Assembly: GCA_031253495.1 (NCBI GenBank)
Contig: JAIRWC010000031.1
Location: 31,077-95,076, forward strand
From: Oscillospiraceae bacterium
GTDB lineage: Bacteria; Bacillota; Clostridia; Oscillospirales; Ruminococcaceae
DNA length: 64,000 nt
Reading direction: 5' to 3'
Shown here: in pieces, positions 16,588 through 25,890 of the stretch
Numbering within the stretch: the first letter of the stretch is position 1
Layout of the letters: each line of letters begins with the position of its first letter
Program-made: the position numbers and the translations under genes
The notes under the pieces: generated by a model
The model's input: the letters and a program-made list of their open reading frames with translations, nothing else
Told to the model about the DNA's origin: nothing
Database searches by the model: none

Positions 16588-18228
16588 TTGGACGGAAAAA
16601 CTTTAAAAAACGCCGTAATATCCGGAGCTAACAACATTATCAACAACAAAACCGCAGTGGACGAGCTTAACGTATTTCCCGTTCCCGACGGCGACACCGG
16701 CGCGAATATGTCCGCGACCATGAAGAGCGCGGTCGCCGAGCTTATGATAACGGGGGACGACGCGGACGTAGGCGCGGTCGCCGATAAAACGGCCGGCGCC
16801 ATGCTGAGGGGGGCGAGGGGAAATTCCGGCGTTATTCTTTCGTTGCTTTTCAGGGGGCTTTCAAAAGGGCTCGCCGGGAAAAAGACCGCCGAACCCAAAG
16901 AGTTCTGCGCCGCGCTTGAAACGGGGGTCGAAGCCGCTTATAAATCGGTGATGAAGCCCACGGAAGGAACCATACTCACGGTAGCGCGCGAAGCCGTCGA
17001 AGCGGCGGCGAAAACGGCGAAAAGCGGCGGTGATTTCAAAGAGGTGTTTGAAACGCTGGAAAAAGCCGCGAACGCCGCTCTTGAAAGAACGCCCGATTTG
17101 CTCCCCGTCCTTAAAAAAGCGGGCGTGGTCGACGCCGGGGGAATGGGGTATCTTTATATCATTAAGGGGATGCGCGCCGTCGTCGACGGCGGCGGCGTCG
17201 TCGAAACAAAAGCGGGCGGCGGGGGACCGGATTTCGCCGTTACGAACGCGGCGGGAACCTATGACGCCGACATCGAGTTCACCTATTGCACGGAATACCT
17301 CGTAAGGAAGAAAAGGAACGCCAACGACGCCTCCGCCCTGCGCGCCTTTTTGGAATCAATCGGCGACAGCGTCGTGGTCGTCGACGACGACGACGTAATC
17401 AAGGCGCACGTCCACACGGAAAACCCGGGCAAAGCGCTTGAGGAGGGTTTGCTTTTCGGCGCGCTTTCAAACGTAAAAATCGAAAACATGAAAGAACAGC
17501 ACAAGGAAGAAACGAAAAAAGCCGAACAGCAGAAGAAAAACAAGCTCCCGCCCGCGTCGCCGGAGGCGGAATACGGGTTTGTTTCGGTGGTGAGCGGCGC
17601 GGGGTTGGAGGCGCTTTTCACCGATTTGGGCGTGAACCGCATAGTAAGGGGCGGGCAGACCGCCAACCCGTCCACGGAGGATATTTTGGAGGCGATACTG
17701 GCTACCCCGGCGCGTAACGTCTTTGTTCTGCCCAACAATAAAAACGTTATTCTCGCGGCGGAACAGGCGCAAAAGCTGACGGAGGACAGGGACGTCATAG
17801 TTTTGCAATCGCGCACCGTTCCGCAGGGCGTTTCCGCAATGCTCAGCTTCGACCCCGAAGCGTCCGTTCGGGAAAATTCCGTCCGTATGACGCTCGCCTT
17901 GGACAAGGTGGAGACGGGGGCGGTTACTTTCGCGGCGAGGGACAGCGACTTCGAGGAGAAGAAAATCAGGAAGAACGATATCCTCGCCCTTGAGAACGGG
18001 AAACTCGCTTTCGTCGAAAAGGACGTTACGAAAGCGCTTTTAAAAATAACAAAAAAACTTGTAACGGGAGAATCCTCATATATAACCGTCATATACGGCA
18101 CGGACGTTTCCGACGCCGCCGCGGGGGACGCGTTTAAGCAGCTGCGCGCGAAAATAGGCGAGGATATCGAGATGGTTCTCGTAAACGGCGGTCAGCCGAT
18201 ATACTATTATATAGTTTCGGTGGAGTAA
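16588..18228 (+). CDS. yloV: DAK2 domain fusion protein YloV
   Basis: It has NVFPVPDGDTGANM and a C-terminal DegV/YloV-type domain. It uses a TTG start. The asp23-yloV-recG synteny supports the call. Confidence 0.85.
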   Translation: MDGKTLKNAVISGANNIINNKTAVDELNVFPVPDGDTGANMSATMKSAVAELMITGDDADVGAVADKTAGAMLRGARGNSGVILSLLFRGLSKGLAGKKTAEPKEFCAALETGVEAAYKSVMKPTEGTILTVAREAVEAAAKTAKSGGDFKEVFETLEKAANAALERTPDLLPVLKKAGVVDAGGMGYLYIIKGMRAVVDGGGVVETKAGGGGPDFAVTNAAGTYDADIEFTYCTEYLVRKKRNANDASALRAFLESIGDSVVVVDDDDVIKAHVHTENPGKALEEGLLFGALSNVKIENMKEQHKEETKKAEQQKKNKLPPASPEAEYGFVSVVSGAGLEALFTDLGVNRIVRGGQTANPSTEDILEAILATPARNVFVLPNNKNVILAAEQAQKLTEDRDVIVLQSRTVPQGVSAMLSFDPEASVRENSVRMTLALDKVETGAVTFAARDSDFEEKKIRKNDILALENGKLAFVEKDVTKALLKITKKLVTGESSYITVIYGTDVSDAAAGDAFKQLRAKIGEDIEMVLVNGGQPIYYYIVSVE

Positions 18229-18277
18229 CGGCGAACGGGGTTCGGCGGAAAGGACCATTCAAGGTTAAGGGTTTAGG

Positions 18278-20314
18278 ATGCCAAATTTTACCGACGATAT
18301 CAGGACAGTTTCCGGCGTTTCCGAAAGGCGCGCCGCCTTATACGGAAAAATCGGGATAAAAACCGCGGGCGACCTGCTGACCCACTATCCGCGCGGTTAC
18401 ATAGACTTTTCCTCGCCGATTGAAATCAACCGCGCCGAAGTCGGCGAATACGCCGTAATCCGCGCCGCCGTAGCGAAAAAACTCGCTCCCTTTTTCGGGA
18501 AATCGGCGGTGTATAAACTTTTGCTCACTGATGAAAACGGAGCGATTATCTGCACGTTTTTCAACAGCGAGTATAATTTTAATCGGCTGGTCGTAAATAA
18601 GGAGTATATTTTTTACGGGAAAATCGGCGGTAACGTCTTACAGAAAGAAATCATAAACCCGCTTTTCATAACGCCTGACGACCCGAATAAGTTAGCGCCG
18701 AAATATCGGTTGACGGCGGGGTTGACCAACGGTATCGTTTCGGCGAACGCGCGTTGCGCGCTGGCGGCGGTTAAGGGCGGCGAACCCGCCGACCTGCCGG
18801 AGCGAATAAGGCGGGACTACTCGCTTATCGACGTGAAAAGCGCGTTGGAGAAAATCCACTTCCCCGCTTCCGCCGAAGATTATAAAACCGCCAGACGCGG
18901 GCTGGTTTTCAAAGAACTGCTCGTTTTGCAATTAGGGCTGGCGATGGTCAAGGCGAGGAACCGCAAGCTCACCGGCGCGGCTATGCCGGGGCGCGACATT
19001 CGCGCTTTTTACGGCAACCTGCCGTTTAAGCCGACGAGGGCGCAGCTGCGCGCGGTTGACGAATGTGTCGCCGACATGAAAAAGCGCGTCCCCATGAACA
19101 GGCTGCTTCAAGGGGACGTGGGTTCGGGCAAGACGGCGGTCGCGGCGGCGCTGGCGTATTACGCCTATCTCGGCGGGTTCCAGACCGCGCTTATGGTTCC
19201 GACGGAAATTTTGGCGAACCAGCACTATAAGACGTTTCAAGAATTTTTAACGCCGCTCGGGGTTAAAACCGTTTTGCTTACCGGCGGGCTTTCCGCCGCC
19301 GAAAAAAAACTCTCCCGCTCTGAAATAAAAAGCGGGGAGGCGGCGGTGGCGGTCGGAACCCACGCGCTTATCCAAAGCGGGACGGAGTTCGGGGCGCTGG
19401 GATTGGTCATAACGGACGAACAGCATCGTTTCGGGGTGGGGCAGAGGTCAAAACTGATTTCAAAGGGCGACAACCCGCACACCCTCGTAATATCGGCGAC
19501 GCCCATTCCGAGGACGCTGGGGCTGATAATATACGGCGACCTCGATATTTCCGTCCTTGACGAAATGCCGAAAGGGCGTTTGCCCGTCAAAACCTACTGC
19601 GTCGACACGAGTTTCCGCGAACGCCTGTATAAATTTATCATCAAACGCGTCGGCGAGGGCGGGCAGGCTTATATAGTCTGTCCGCTGATTGAGGAAAGCG
19701 CCGCGAACGAGAAAGCAAGCGCGGTAAATTATTACGGCGAACTGCGGGAAACGTGGTTAAGCGGCGTTCCGACGGCGTTGCTCCACGGAAGAATGAAACA
19801 GCCCGAAAAAGACGGCGTTATGGCGGATTTTAAATCGGGGAAAACAAAGGTCTTGGTTTCCACCACGGTTATAGAGGTGGGGGTGGACGTGCCCGACGCC
19901 GTTATCATGCTTATCGAAAACGCGGAGCAGTTCGGGCTGTCGCAGCTGCACCAGCTTCGCGGAAGGGTGGGCAGGGGGAAAGAGCAATCCTACTGCATCC
20001 TTGTGACGGACAACTGTTCGCCGTACACGAAAGCGCGGACGGACGCCATGACGAGAACCACCGACGGTTTTGAAATAGCGGACGAGGATTTGAAGCTGCG
20101 CGGTCCCGGCGATTTTTTCGGGCAAAGGCAACACGGTCTGCCCGTTTTGAAAATCGCGGATATGTCCGAGGACGCCGAAATTTTGGAAGAAACGCGAAAA
20201 CTCGCCAAAAGCGTCATAGACGGCGACCCCGAACTGACCTCGCCCGGCAACGCGGGGCTGAAAGCGCTCGTAGCCGAATTATTCAAAGAAAGCAGCGAAT
20301 ATGGATACAATTAA
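18278..20314 (+). CDS. recG: ATP-dependent DNA helicase RecG
   Basis: It has LQGDVGSGKT, DEQHRFG, QLHQLRGRVGRG and the wedge-domain N-terminus. Confidence 0.93.
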   Translation: MPNFTDDIRTVSGVSERRAALYGKIGIKTAGDLLTHYPRGYIDFSSPIEINRAEVGEYAVIRAAVAKKLAPFFGKSAVYKLLLTDENGAIICTFFNSEYNFNRLVVNKEYIFYGKIGGNVLQKEIINPLFITPDDPNKLAPKYRLTAGLTNGIVSANARCALAAVKGGEPADLPERIRRDYSLIDVKSALEKIHFPASAEDYKTARRGLVFKELLVLQLGLAMVKARNRKLTGAAMPGRDIRAFYGNLPFKPTRAQLRAVDECVADMKKRVPMNRLLQGDVGSGKTAVAAALAYYAYLGGFQTALMVPTEILANQHYKTFQEFLTPLGVKTVLLTGGLSAAEKKLSRSEIKSGEAAVAVGTHALIQSGTEFGALGLVITDEQHRFGVGQRSKLISKGDNPHTLVISATPIPRTLGLIIYGDLDISVLDEMPKGRLPVKTYCVDTSFRERLYKFIIKRVGEGGQAYIVCPLIEESAANEKASAVNYYGELRETWLSGVPTALLHGRMKQPEKDGVMADFKSGKTKVLVSTTVIEVGVDVPDAVIMLIENAEQFGLSQLHQLRGRVGRGKEQSYCILVTDNCSPYTKARTDAMTRTTDGFEIADEDLKLRGPGDFFGQRQHGLPVLKIADMSEDAEILEETRKLAKSVIDGDPELTSPGNAGLKALVAELFKESSEYGYN

Positions 20315-21062
20315 ACGGACGGCGGGCGATAACGAACAATGGCGTTATCCGCGGTTTTTTTGCGGTGATATAAGCGGCGGGGGATTTACTTTAACCCCTT
20401 CCGACCTGCGCCACGCCGAAAAGGTTCTGCGGATTAAGCGGGGCGGCAAGGCCGTTATCTGCGACGGGAGAGGAACCGATTACCTTTGCGCTTATACGGG
20501 CGGGGGCGTTTTTGAAATTATTGAAGCGTTTTCAAACGCCGCCGAACCGGATATTCGCGTCAGGTTGTTCCAATGTCTGCCGAAATCCGACAAAATGGAC
20601 TTTATCGTTCAAAAAGCCGTGGAACTGGGCGTGTCTGAAATCGTTCCGGTAATATCGGCGCGGTGCGTTTCCCGCCCCGACGGGAAAAGCGGACCGGCAA
20701 AATCCGAAAGGTACCGCAAAATCGCTTATGAGGCGGCTAAACAGTGCGGACGCGGAAAAATCCCCGCGATAGGCGAATTTTCGGATTTTAAGGCGGCGGT
20801 TCGTTCGTTCGACCGCGCCGGCACGGGTATAATATTCTATGAATGCGGCGGCGAACGGCTGAACGATATCGTAAAAAACGCGAAACCCGGCGCGGCAATC
20901 GACGTTTTTATAGGCAGCGAGGGCGGCTTTGAAACGGCGGAAGTCGATTTGGCGCGCCGTTTGGGCATAACCCCCGCCACCCTCGGAAAACGTATTTTAC
21001 GCGTGGATACGGCTTCGGTCGCCGCGATTTCCGTCCTGATGAATTTGACGGGGAACATATAG
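20301..21062 (+). CDS. rsmE: 16S rRNA (uracil1498-N3)-methyltransferase
   Basis: It has PRFF near the N-terminus, LFQCLPKSDKMDFIVQKAVELGV, and FIGSEGGF..E. It overlaps the recG end by 14 nt. Confidence 0.85.
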   Translation: MDTIKRTAGDNEQWRYPRFFCGDISGGGFTLTPSDLRHAEKVLRIKRGGKAVICDGRGTDYLCAYTGGGVFEIIEAFSNAAEPDIRVRLFQCLPKSDKMDFIVQKAVELGVSEIVPVISARCVSRPDGKSGPAKSERYRKIAYEAAKQCGRGKIPAIGEFSDFKAAVRSFDRAGTGIIFYECGGERLNDIVKNAKPGAAIDVFIGSEGGFETAEVDLARRLGITPATLGKRILRVDTASVAAISVLMNLTGNI

Positions 21063-21074
21063 CTTTACGGATGA

Positions 21075-22343
21075 TTAAGCCTTGGATTTACCGCATTCCG
21101 CGCAGAATCTGCCGCTGTTCTTCGCGCCGCAGGAACAGGTCCATCCGCCCGCGCCCTCCGGTTTCGCCGAACCGCAGTTAGAGCAGAATTTGCCGCTGTT
21201 CTTCACGCCGCAAGAACACGTCCACTCGCCGGGGGCTTCGGGCTTTACCGAGCCGCAGTTTGAACAGAACTTCCCCGTATTGACCGTGCCGCAGGCGCAT
21301 TTCCACGAATTTGCCGCGTTTTGCTGAGGCTGCGCCTGCTGTGTCGGCGGCGCCTCCCCCATTTGCCCTAAAATGCCGCCCCCCGTTTGGGTCGCCATAT
21401 TCATACCCATAAAGCCCATCATCGCGCCGCCTTGGTTTCCCGCCGCCGCTTCTATCCCGCGGGCGACGCTCCCGGCCATCATGGCGCGCTGAACGTCGCC
21501 GCCCAACATGGTGTCGGCTTTAAGCCTGTCGCCGAGCAGCGCCTTGCTTTCGTCCGTAATCGTAACCGCGCTCATCGCCACGTTGGTGATTTTGAATCCG
21601 CGTTCAAACCAGTTGTTTTTCGTGGCTTCCCTCGCGCTTTCCGCAATGTCGTCAAGAAAGGCGGAAATTTGGCTGTACCTTACCCCTTTGTTGGAAAGCA
21701 GATTGAGCGATTTCATCATCGCTTGCATAAATTCTTTCTTATACTGTTCGGTTTTGAAAATGTCCTGCGCGAGCACGTCCCCCGCCCCGGTCCCTTTGCT
21801 CGCCACCTGCTGATAGAATTTTACCGCCATTTCCGCGTTCTCTATTTGAATCTCGAAGGTTCCGTAAAAACGCAAATCAATGGAGGTGTTGTACGCGGGG
21901 TCGAAATAGGGCATGGGCGTTCCCGTCCCGAAAGGTATTCCGGGCAGGGGCATGAGGTTGACGTAGACGACCTTTTGTTCCGTCGCCGCCGCCCCCCCGA
22001 AAGTGAAACGGTTCAGCGCGTCTTTGAGCGAATCGAGGATTTGCCCCGCGAAAATGGACGGCGCCGACGAGCTGTCGAACACATACTGACCCGGCTCGGT
22101 TACGATATTGGTAATTTTGCCGTTGTCAATCGTGAGCATACAGGTGTTTTCCTCGACCATAATGACCGAGCCGTTGCTGATAACGTCGGGGTTGCCTTTG
22201 GTGTTGCTCCCCTTGCCCTGATTCATCCTCGCGCCTTTTCTGAGCATAACGGAGTTGTCCATTGACGGGCAGTGTATCGCTTCTTTCCAAGAATCCGCGA
22301 GCGTCCCCCCGACCGCACCGATTGCCGCTTTGATAAGTCCCAT
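21075..22343 (-). CDS. SPFH-like (YdjI / 'virion core protein'-like) domain protein with three C-terminal zinc-ribbon repeats
   Basis: The N-terminus is MGLIKAAIGAVGGTLADSWKE. The C-terminus has 3 x W(K/T)C(A/S)CG..N.GKFC..CG. The ATG at 22343 follows AGAAAGGAA. Confidence 0.7.
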   Translation of the reverse strand: MGLIKAAIGAVGGTLADSWKEAIHCPSMDNSVMLRKGARMNQGKGSNTKGNPDVISNGSVIMVEENTCMLTIDNGKITNIVTEPGQYVFDSSSAPSIFAGQILDSLKDALNRFTFGGAAATEQKVVYVNLMPLPGIPFGTGTPMPYFDPAYNTSIDLRFYGTFEIQIENAEMAVKFYQQVASKGTGAGDVLAQDIFKTEQYKKEFMQAMMKSLNLLSNKGVRYSQISAFLDDIAESAREATKNNWFERGFKITNVAMSAVTITDESKALLGDRLKADTMLGGDVQRAMMAGSVARGIEAAAGNQGGAMMGFMGMNMATQTGGGILGQMGEAPPTQQAQPQQNAANSWKCACGTVNTGKFCSNCGSVKPEAPGEWTCSCGVKNSGKFCSNCGSAKPEGAGGWTCSCGAKNSGRFCAECGKSKA

Positions 22344-22365
22344 TGATATTTCCTTTCTCGCGAAA

Positions 22366-22395
22366 GGCACAAAAGCGGCATAAAGCCGCCGTGCC
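22366..22395 (-). terminator. terminator-like hairpin downstream of the Nif3-like gene
   Basis: On the minus strand the sequence reads GGCAC-g-GCGGC-tttat-GCCGC-TTTTG. Confidence 0.4.
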
Positions 22396-22403
22396 AAACG
22401 CTG

Positions 22404-23153
22404 TTAATAATTTTCTTCCTCAATCCTTATAAGCTCGACGCCGGTATCCCGCGCCAACAGTTCCGCCATGCCCTTGACGCCTAATATCTCCGTGTTCGTG
22501 TGGCTCCCCACGAAAAGGTTAATCCCCGCGAATTTCGCGTATAATTTTGAGTAAAGCGAGTGTTCCCCCGTTATGTAGGCGTCGCAGCCTTCGTCCGCGG
22601 CGATTTTTATATGTTCCGTCATGTCGCCCGCCCCCGAGGTTACGCAAACCTTGCGGATAGGACCGTCTTTGTTCTTGTAAGAAATTATCGCCTCGTCAAG
22701 CGCGTCCGCCAAACGCATCGAAAAGCCGTCAAGGCTCTGCCCTTCCTCAAATTCGCCTATAACCGCGCAATAAAACACGTCTTCGTAAATAATCGTTTTG
22801 CGGCGGTTCCTCAACCCCAAAGTCTCGGCCAGCGACGCGCTCGTCCCGAAATCCGTATCGTCAAGCGGCGCGTGGAAAAAAGCGTGGATAATATCCTTTT
22901 CCCCCAAAATCTGAAGGCACTTTTCTTTCATTCCGTACAAAAAATCCCAAGCGTCATGGTGCGTGATGATAAAATCAACAGAACACTCCCCCCCGCGTAA
23001 AACGATGTCGGGCGTTAAATTGGTGGCGTAACCCACGCGCTTTATCTCCTTGTCGGCGGTTTCGTTGGCGAAACCCCACTCGCCCGGTTTTTTGCCCAGC
23101 TTCTCCGCGTCGAACAGCGACAACAGCTTCGCTTTCAATTCCGAAAAAATCAT
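22404..23153 (-). CDS. Nif3-like dinuclear metal centre protein (DUF34/YqfO family)
   Basis: It has the motifs VDFIITHHDAWDF and AYITGEHSLY...FVGSHTNTE. Confidence 0.8.
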   Translation of the reverse strand: MIFSELKAKLLSLFDAEKLGKKPGEWGFANETADKEIKRVGYATNLTPDIVLRGGECSVDFIITHHDAWDFLYGMKEKCLQILGEKDIIHAFFHAPLDDTDFGTSASLAETLGLRNRRKTIIYEDVFYCAVIGEFEEGQSLDGFSMRLADALDEAIISYKNKDGPIRKVCVTSGAGDMTEHIKIAADEGCDAYITGEHSLYSKLYAKFAGINLFVGSHTNTEILGVKGMAELLARDTGVELIRIEEENY

Positions 23154-23239
23154 TTTTACGACCGTGCCGCCCTTCGCCCCCCGCCCCGCGTGAAATTCGG
23201 GGAAAACCGCAACGCGGCGACGCCTTTCTTAATAATCTT

Positions 23240-24046
23240 TCAAACTTGCTCCCCCAACTCATACGCCCTTGACGTGCAGGCTTCGCACGCCGCCCTGACG
23301 GTTTCCGCGAACCCCCCCGAACGGAGCTTTTCCAGCCCCGCCGCGGTCGTCCCGCCTTTCGAGGTTACCTGCGCGATTAACTCGCCGACGCCCATCCCCG
23401 AACAAGAAAGCATCTTCGCCGCGCCGGCAAGCGTCTGAGAAAACAGGTTCAAAGCCGCTTTTTCGTCAATCCCGCATTCGACCGCGTAATCGATAAAGCA
23501 CTTCGCGAACAGGTATATAAACGCGGGGGAACTGCCGTTCACGCAAATGATTTCGTTCATTTTGCCGGACGGGATAATTTCGGCAATCCCGCAGCTTTCG
23601 ATTATCGAAAGGGCGAACCCCAACTCTTTCGGGGAAACAAGCCCGTCCGACGAAACCGCGCTCGCCCCCAAGCCGAGCATCATCGGCGTGTTCGGCATAA
23701 CGCGAACGACTTTCAAGTCGCCGCGTGTGCGCGCGCGGATAAATTCGGCGGTTATCCCCGAACATATCGATATTACAACGCTTCGGGCGGTCAGCGCGGG
23801 GGCCGCTTTTCGCAGAACCTCCCCCGCCTGTTGCGGCTTCACCGCGAGGAAGACGTATTCGCACTTTTCGGCGACTTCAACCTCGCTCGACAGAAACCGC
23901 CCGCCGTACCGCTCCAAAAGCGGCTTTTTCTCGGCGGACGCGTCGTATCCGTATAAAGACACGGTCTTGGAAGCCGGGGAAGCGCAAAAGCCTTTCAGAA
24001 CGGCCGCGCCCATATTCCCCAAACCGATAAAACCCAAAGCCGCCAT
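23240..24046 (-). CDS. proC: pyrroline-5-carboxylate reductase
   Basis: It has GFIGLGNMGAAV, RVMPNTPMMLG and the KGGTTAAGLEKL motif. Confidence 0.9.
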   Translation of the reverse strand: MAALGFIGLGNMGAAVLKGFCASPASKTVSLYGYDASAEKKPLLERYGGRFLSSEVEVAEKCEYVFLAVKPQQAGEVLRKAAPALTARSVVISICSGITAEFIRARTRGDLKVVRVMPNTPMMLGLGASAVSSDGLVSPKELGFALSIIESCGIAEIIPSGKMNEIICVNGSSPAFIYLFAKCFIDYAVECGIDEKAALNLFSQTLAGAAKMLSCSGMGVGELIAQVTSKGGTTAAGLEKLRSGGFAETVRAACEACTSRAYELGEQV

Positions 24047-24049
24047 ATC

Positions 24050-24736
24050 CTACAACGCCCTTTCCTTGCCGTAACGCGCCTCCAGCTTGCGGTAAACCGC
24101 CCCGAACGGCGGCAGGACCGCGAACATTAACGCCAAATCCAACGGGAACTGTATAACGTTCTTAACATAGCGCGGGTACATAAACGCCGAAAAGCTGTTC
24201 CCCGAAACGCCCATGACGTAAAAAAGCAGATACGAGTTCAAGAACAGGTAACACGCCGCCATCACGAAAAACCTCGCGGCGACTATCCTCATCACCTGCC
24301 ATGAAGCCCATTTGACTTGGTTCGCCTTGCCGCCCGCCTTGCCGCCCGCCGCGCCGCCCGCCGCGCCGCCCGCCTCGCCGCCCGCCGCGCCGCCTTCAAC
24401 CCTGCGGGAAGCGTAACCGTAAAGAAAAATCCCGTAGATTGCCCCCTCGAGGATTTTAGGGAAAGTGAAAACGGGGTTCGTCCCCAAGCTGCCGGCCATC
24501 GAAGTGATTATATCGCACGGAACGGCCGCGATTGCCGCCACCGCGGGCCCGTAAAGCATCCCGATTGCCGCGAGCGCGATATACCCGAACGTGATTTTCA
24601 GCATTTCGGTGTTGACGGCGAGGAACGCGTTCATCACGACGTAAACCGCGATTAACGCCCCCGTCGTCGCAAGGCTCCGGACGCTTTTCAGTTCTTTCGC
24701 CGAACGCTTAAACATATTAAAGAAAGGCATAATCAC
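24050..24736 (-). CDS. ECF transporter S component (folate-family-like) with an inserted Gly/Ala low-complexity loop
   Basis: It is multi-TM, with KSVRSLATTGALIAVYVVMN...ITFGYIALAAIGMLYGP typical of FolT-type S components. The insert is GGAAGGEAGGAAGGAAGGKAGGKA. Confidence 0.65.
   Translation of the reverse strand: MIMPFFNMFKRSAKELKSVRSLATTGALIAVYVVMNAFLAVNTEMLKITFGYIALAAIGMLYGPAVAAIAAVPCDIITSMAGSLGTNPVFTFPKILEGAIYGIFLYGYASRRVEGGAAGGEAGGAAGGAAGGKAGGKANQVKWASWQVMRIVAARFFVMAACYLFLNSYLLFYVMGVSGNSFSAFMYPRYVKNVIQFPLDLALMFAVLPPFGAVYRKLEARYGKERAL
24322..24396. repeat. ~6 x 12-nt GC-rich tandem repeat (gcc-nng-ccg-ccc) in frame within the S-component gene
   Basis: I read it directly. It shares the gccgcccgcc core with the minisatellite at 9083-9201. 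Confidence 0.85.
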
Positions 24737-24741
24737 CGAAA

Positions 24742-25701
24742 TCAGAAGCTTATCGTCGAGGCTATGTCGTAAAGCTCCCTGTCAAACTCTTTCTTCATGG
24801 TGAGCGACTCTTTTATATCGAAATCGACTATCTTGTTCCTTTGGATACCCACGACGCGGTTGCCTTTCCCCTCGGAAAGCAGTTCCACCGCCTTGTAACC
24901 CAGTTGGCTCGCGACCACCCTGTCGCGGAGCGTGGGGGAACCGCCGCGCTGAACGTGCCCGAGTATGGTGGCGCGCGACTCCACCCCCGTTTCCCTCTCG
25001 ATTTGTTTCGCGAGTTCCTCGGAACCGCCTATCCCTTCGGAAACGACGATTATGAAATGGTGTTTTTGGTTTGTCTGGGTGCTTTTGATTTTGTCGGTAA
25101 TTTCCTCGACGCTGTAAGGCATTTCCTTTGTGATGATAAAGGTCGCCCCGCAGGCTATCCCCGTGTTCAAAGCGATGTAACCGGCGTTATGCCCCATTAC
25201 CTCGACGACGGAACAGCGGTCGTGCGACTGCGCCGTGTCGCGCAGCTTGTCGATAAGCTCCATGGCCGTGTTCATGGCGGTGTCATACCCGATTGTATAG
25301 CCCGTCGAGTTAATGTCGTTGTCAATGGTGCCCGGGATGCCGATACAGGGAATCCCGTAAGCCGACAAGTCCGCCGCCCCCCTGAAAGAGCCGTCGCCCC
25401 CGATTACGACCACGCCCTCTATGCCGTGCTTATTACAGGTTTCCACGCCTTTCAGAATACCCTCTTTATGGCGGAACTCGTCGCAACGCGCCGTGTAAAG
25501 AATGGTTCCGCCCCTTTGTATAATGTCGGAAACGCTCCTTACGTGGAGCTCCTTGACTTCCCCGTGTATCAAGCCGTTATATCCCCTGTATATCCCCATA
25601 ACGGTCATGCCTTTTTTTATGGCGGTGCGGGTTACCGCGCGGATTGCCGCGTTCATGCCGGGCGCATCGCCGCCGCTGGTCAATACTCCTATTTTTTTCA
25701 T
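24742..25701 (-). CDS. pfkA: ATP-dependent 6-phosphofructokinase (canonical PfkA type)
   Basis: It has GVLTSGGDAPGMNAAIR, IGGDGSF, GIPGTIDNDI, MGHNAGYIAL and GHVQRGGSP. Confidence 0.93.
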   Translation of the reverse strand: MKKIGVLTSGGDAPGMNAAIRAVTRTAIKKGMTVMGIYRGYNGLIHGEVKELHVRSVSDIIQRGGTILYTARCDEFRHKEGILKGVETCNKHGIEGVVVIGGDGSFRGAADLSAYGIPCIGIPGTIDNDINSTGYTIGYDTAMNTAMELIDKLRDTAQSHDRCSVVEVMGHNAGYIALNTGIACGATFIITKEMPYSVEEITDKIKSTQTNQKHHFIIVVSEGIGGSEELAKQIERETGVESRATILGHVQRGGSPTLRDRVVASQLGYKAVELLSEGKGNRVVGIQRNKIVDFDIKESLTMKKEFDRELYDIASTISF

Positions 25702-25739
25702 AGCCGCAACCTTTCCTCTGTTTTATTATGACAAGCATA

Positions 25740-25768
25740 ATTTTACACCTTTTGCGCGAAAACGTCAA
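25740..25768 (-). promoter_or_regulatory. sigma-A promoter for pfkA
   Basis: On the minus strand TTGACG lies at 25763-25768, followed by a 17-nt spacer and TAAAAT at 25740-25745. Confidence 0.55.
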
Positions 25769-25820
25769 GGGTTTTTTATGAAAATTCGTTTTTGTTCATT
25801 ACTTTTGTACATTTTGCCTA

Positions 25821-25849
25821 TTGAAAAAAGCGGGCGGACGCGGTATAAT
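25821..25849 (+). promoter_or_regulatory. sigma-A promoter for the P-loop kinase gene
   Basis: TTGAAA lies at 25821-25826, followed by a 17-nt spacer and TATAAT at 25844-25849. Confidence 0.65.
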
Positions 25850-25890
25850 CTACCTGTCGGGAAGAAATATATTACACGGGGAGCAACAAA

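Noticed and set aside
23154-23239. Possible terminator or regulatory structure between proC and the Nif3-like gene
   Set aside because: Only short 4-5 bp stems are present (ccgc-gtt-gcgg, ccccg...cgggg), and there is no convincing T-tract. The two genes are probably co-transcribed.
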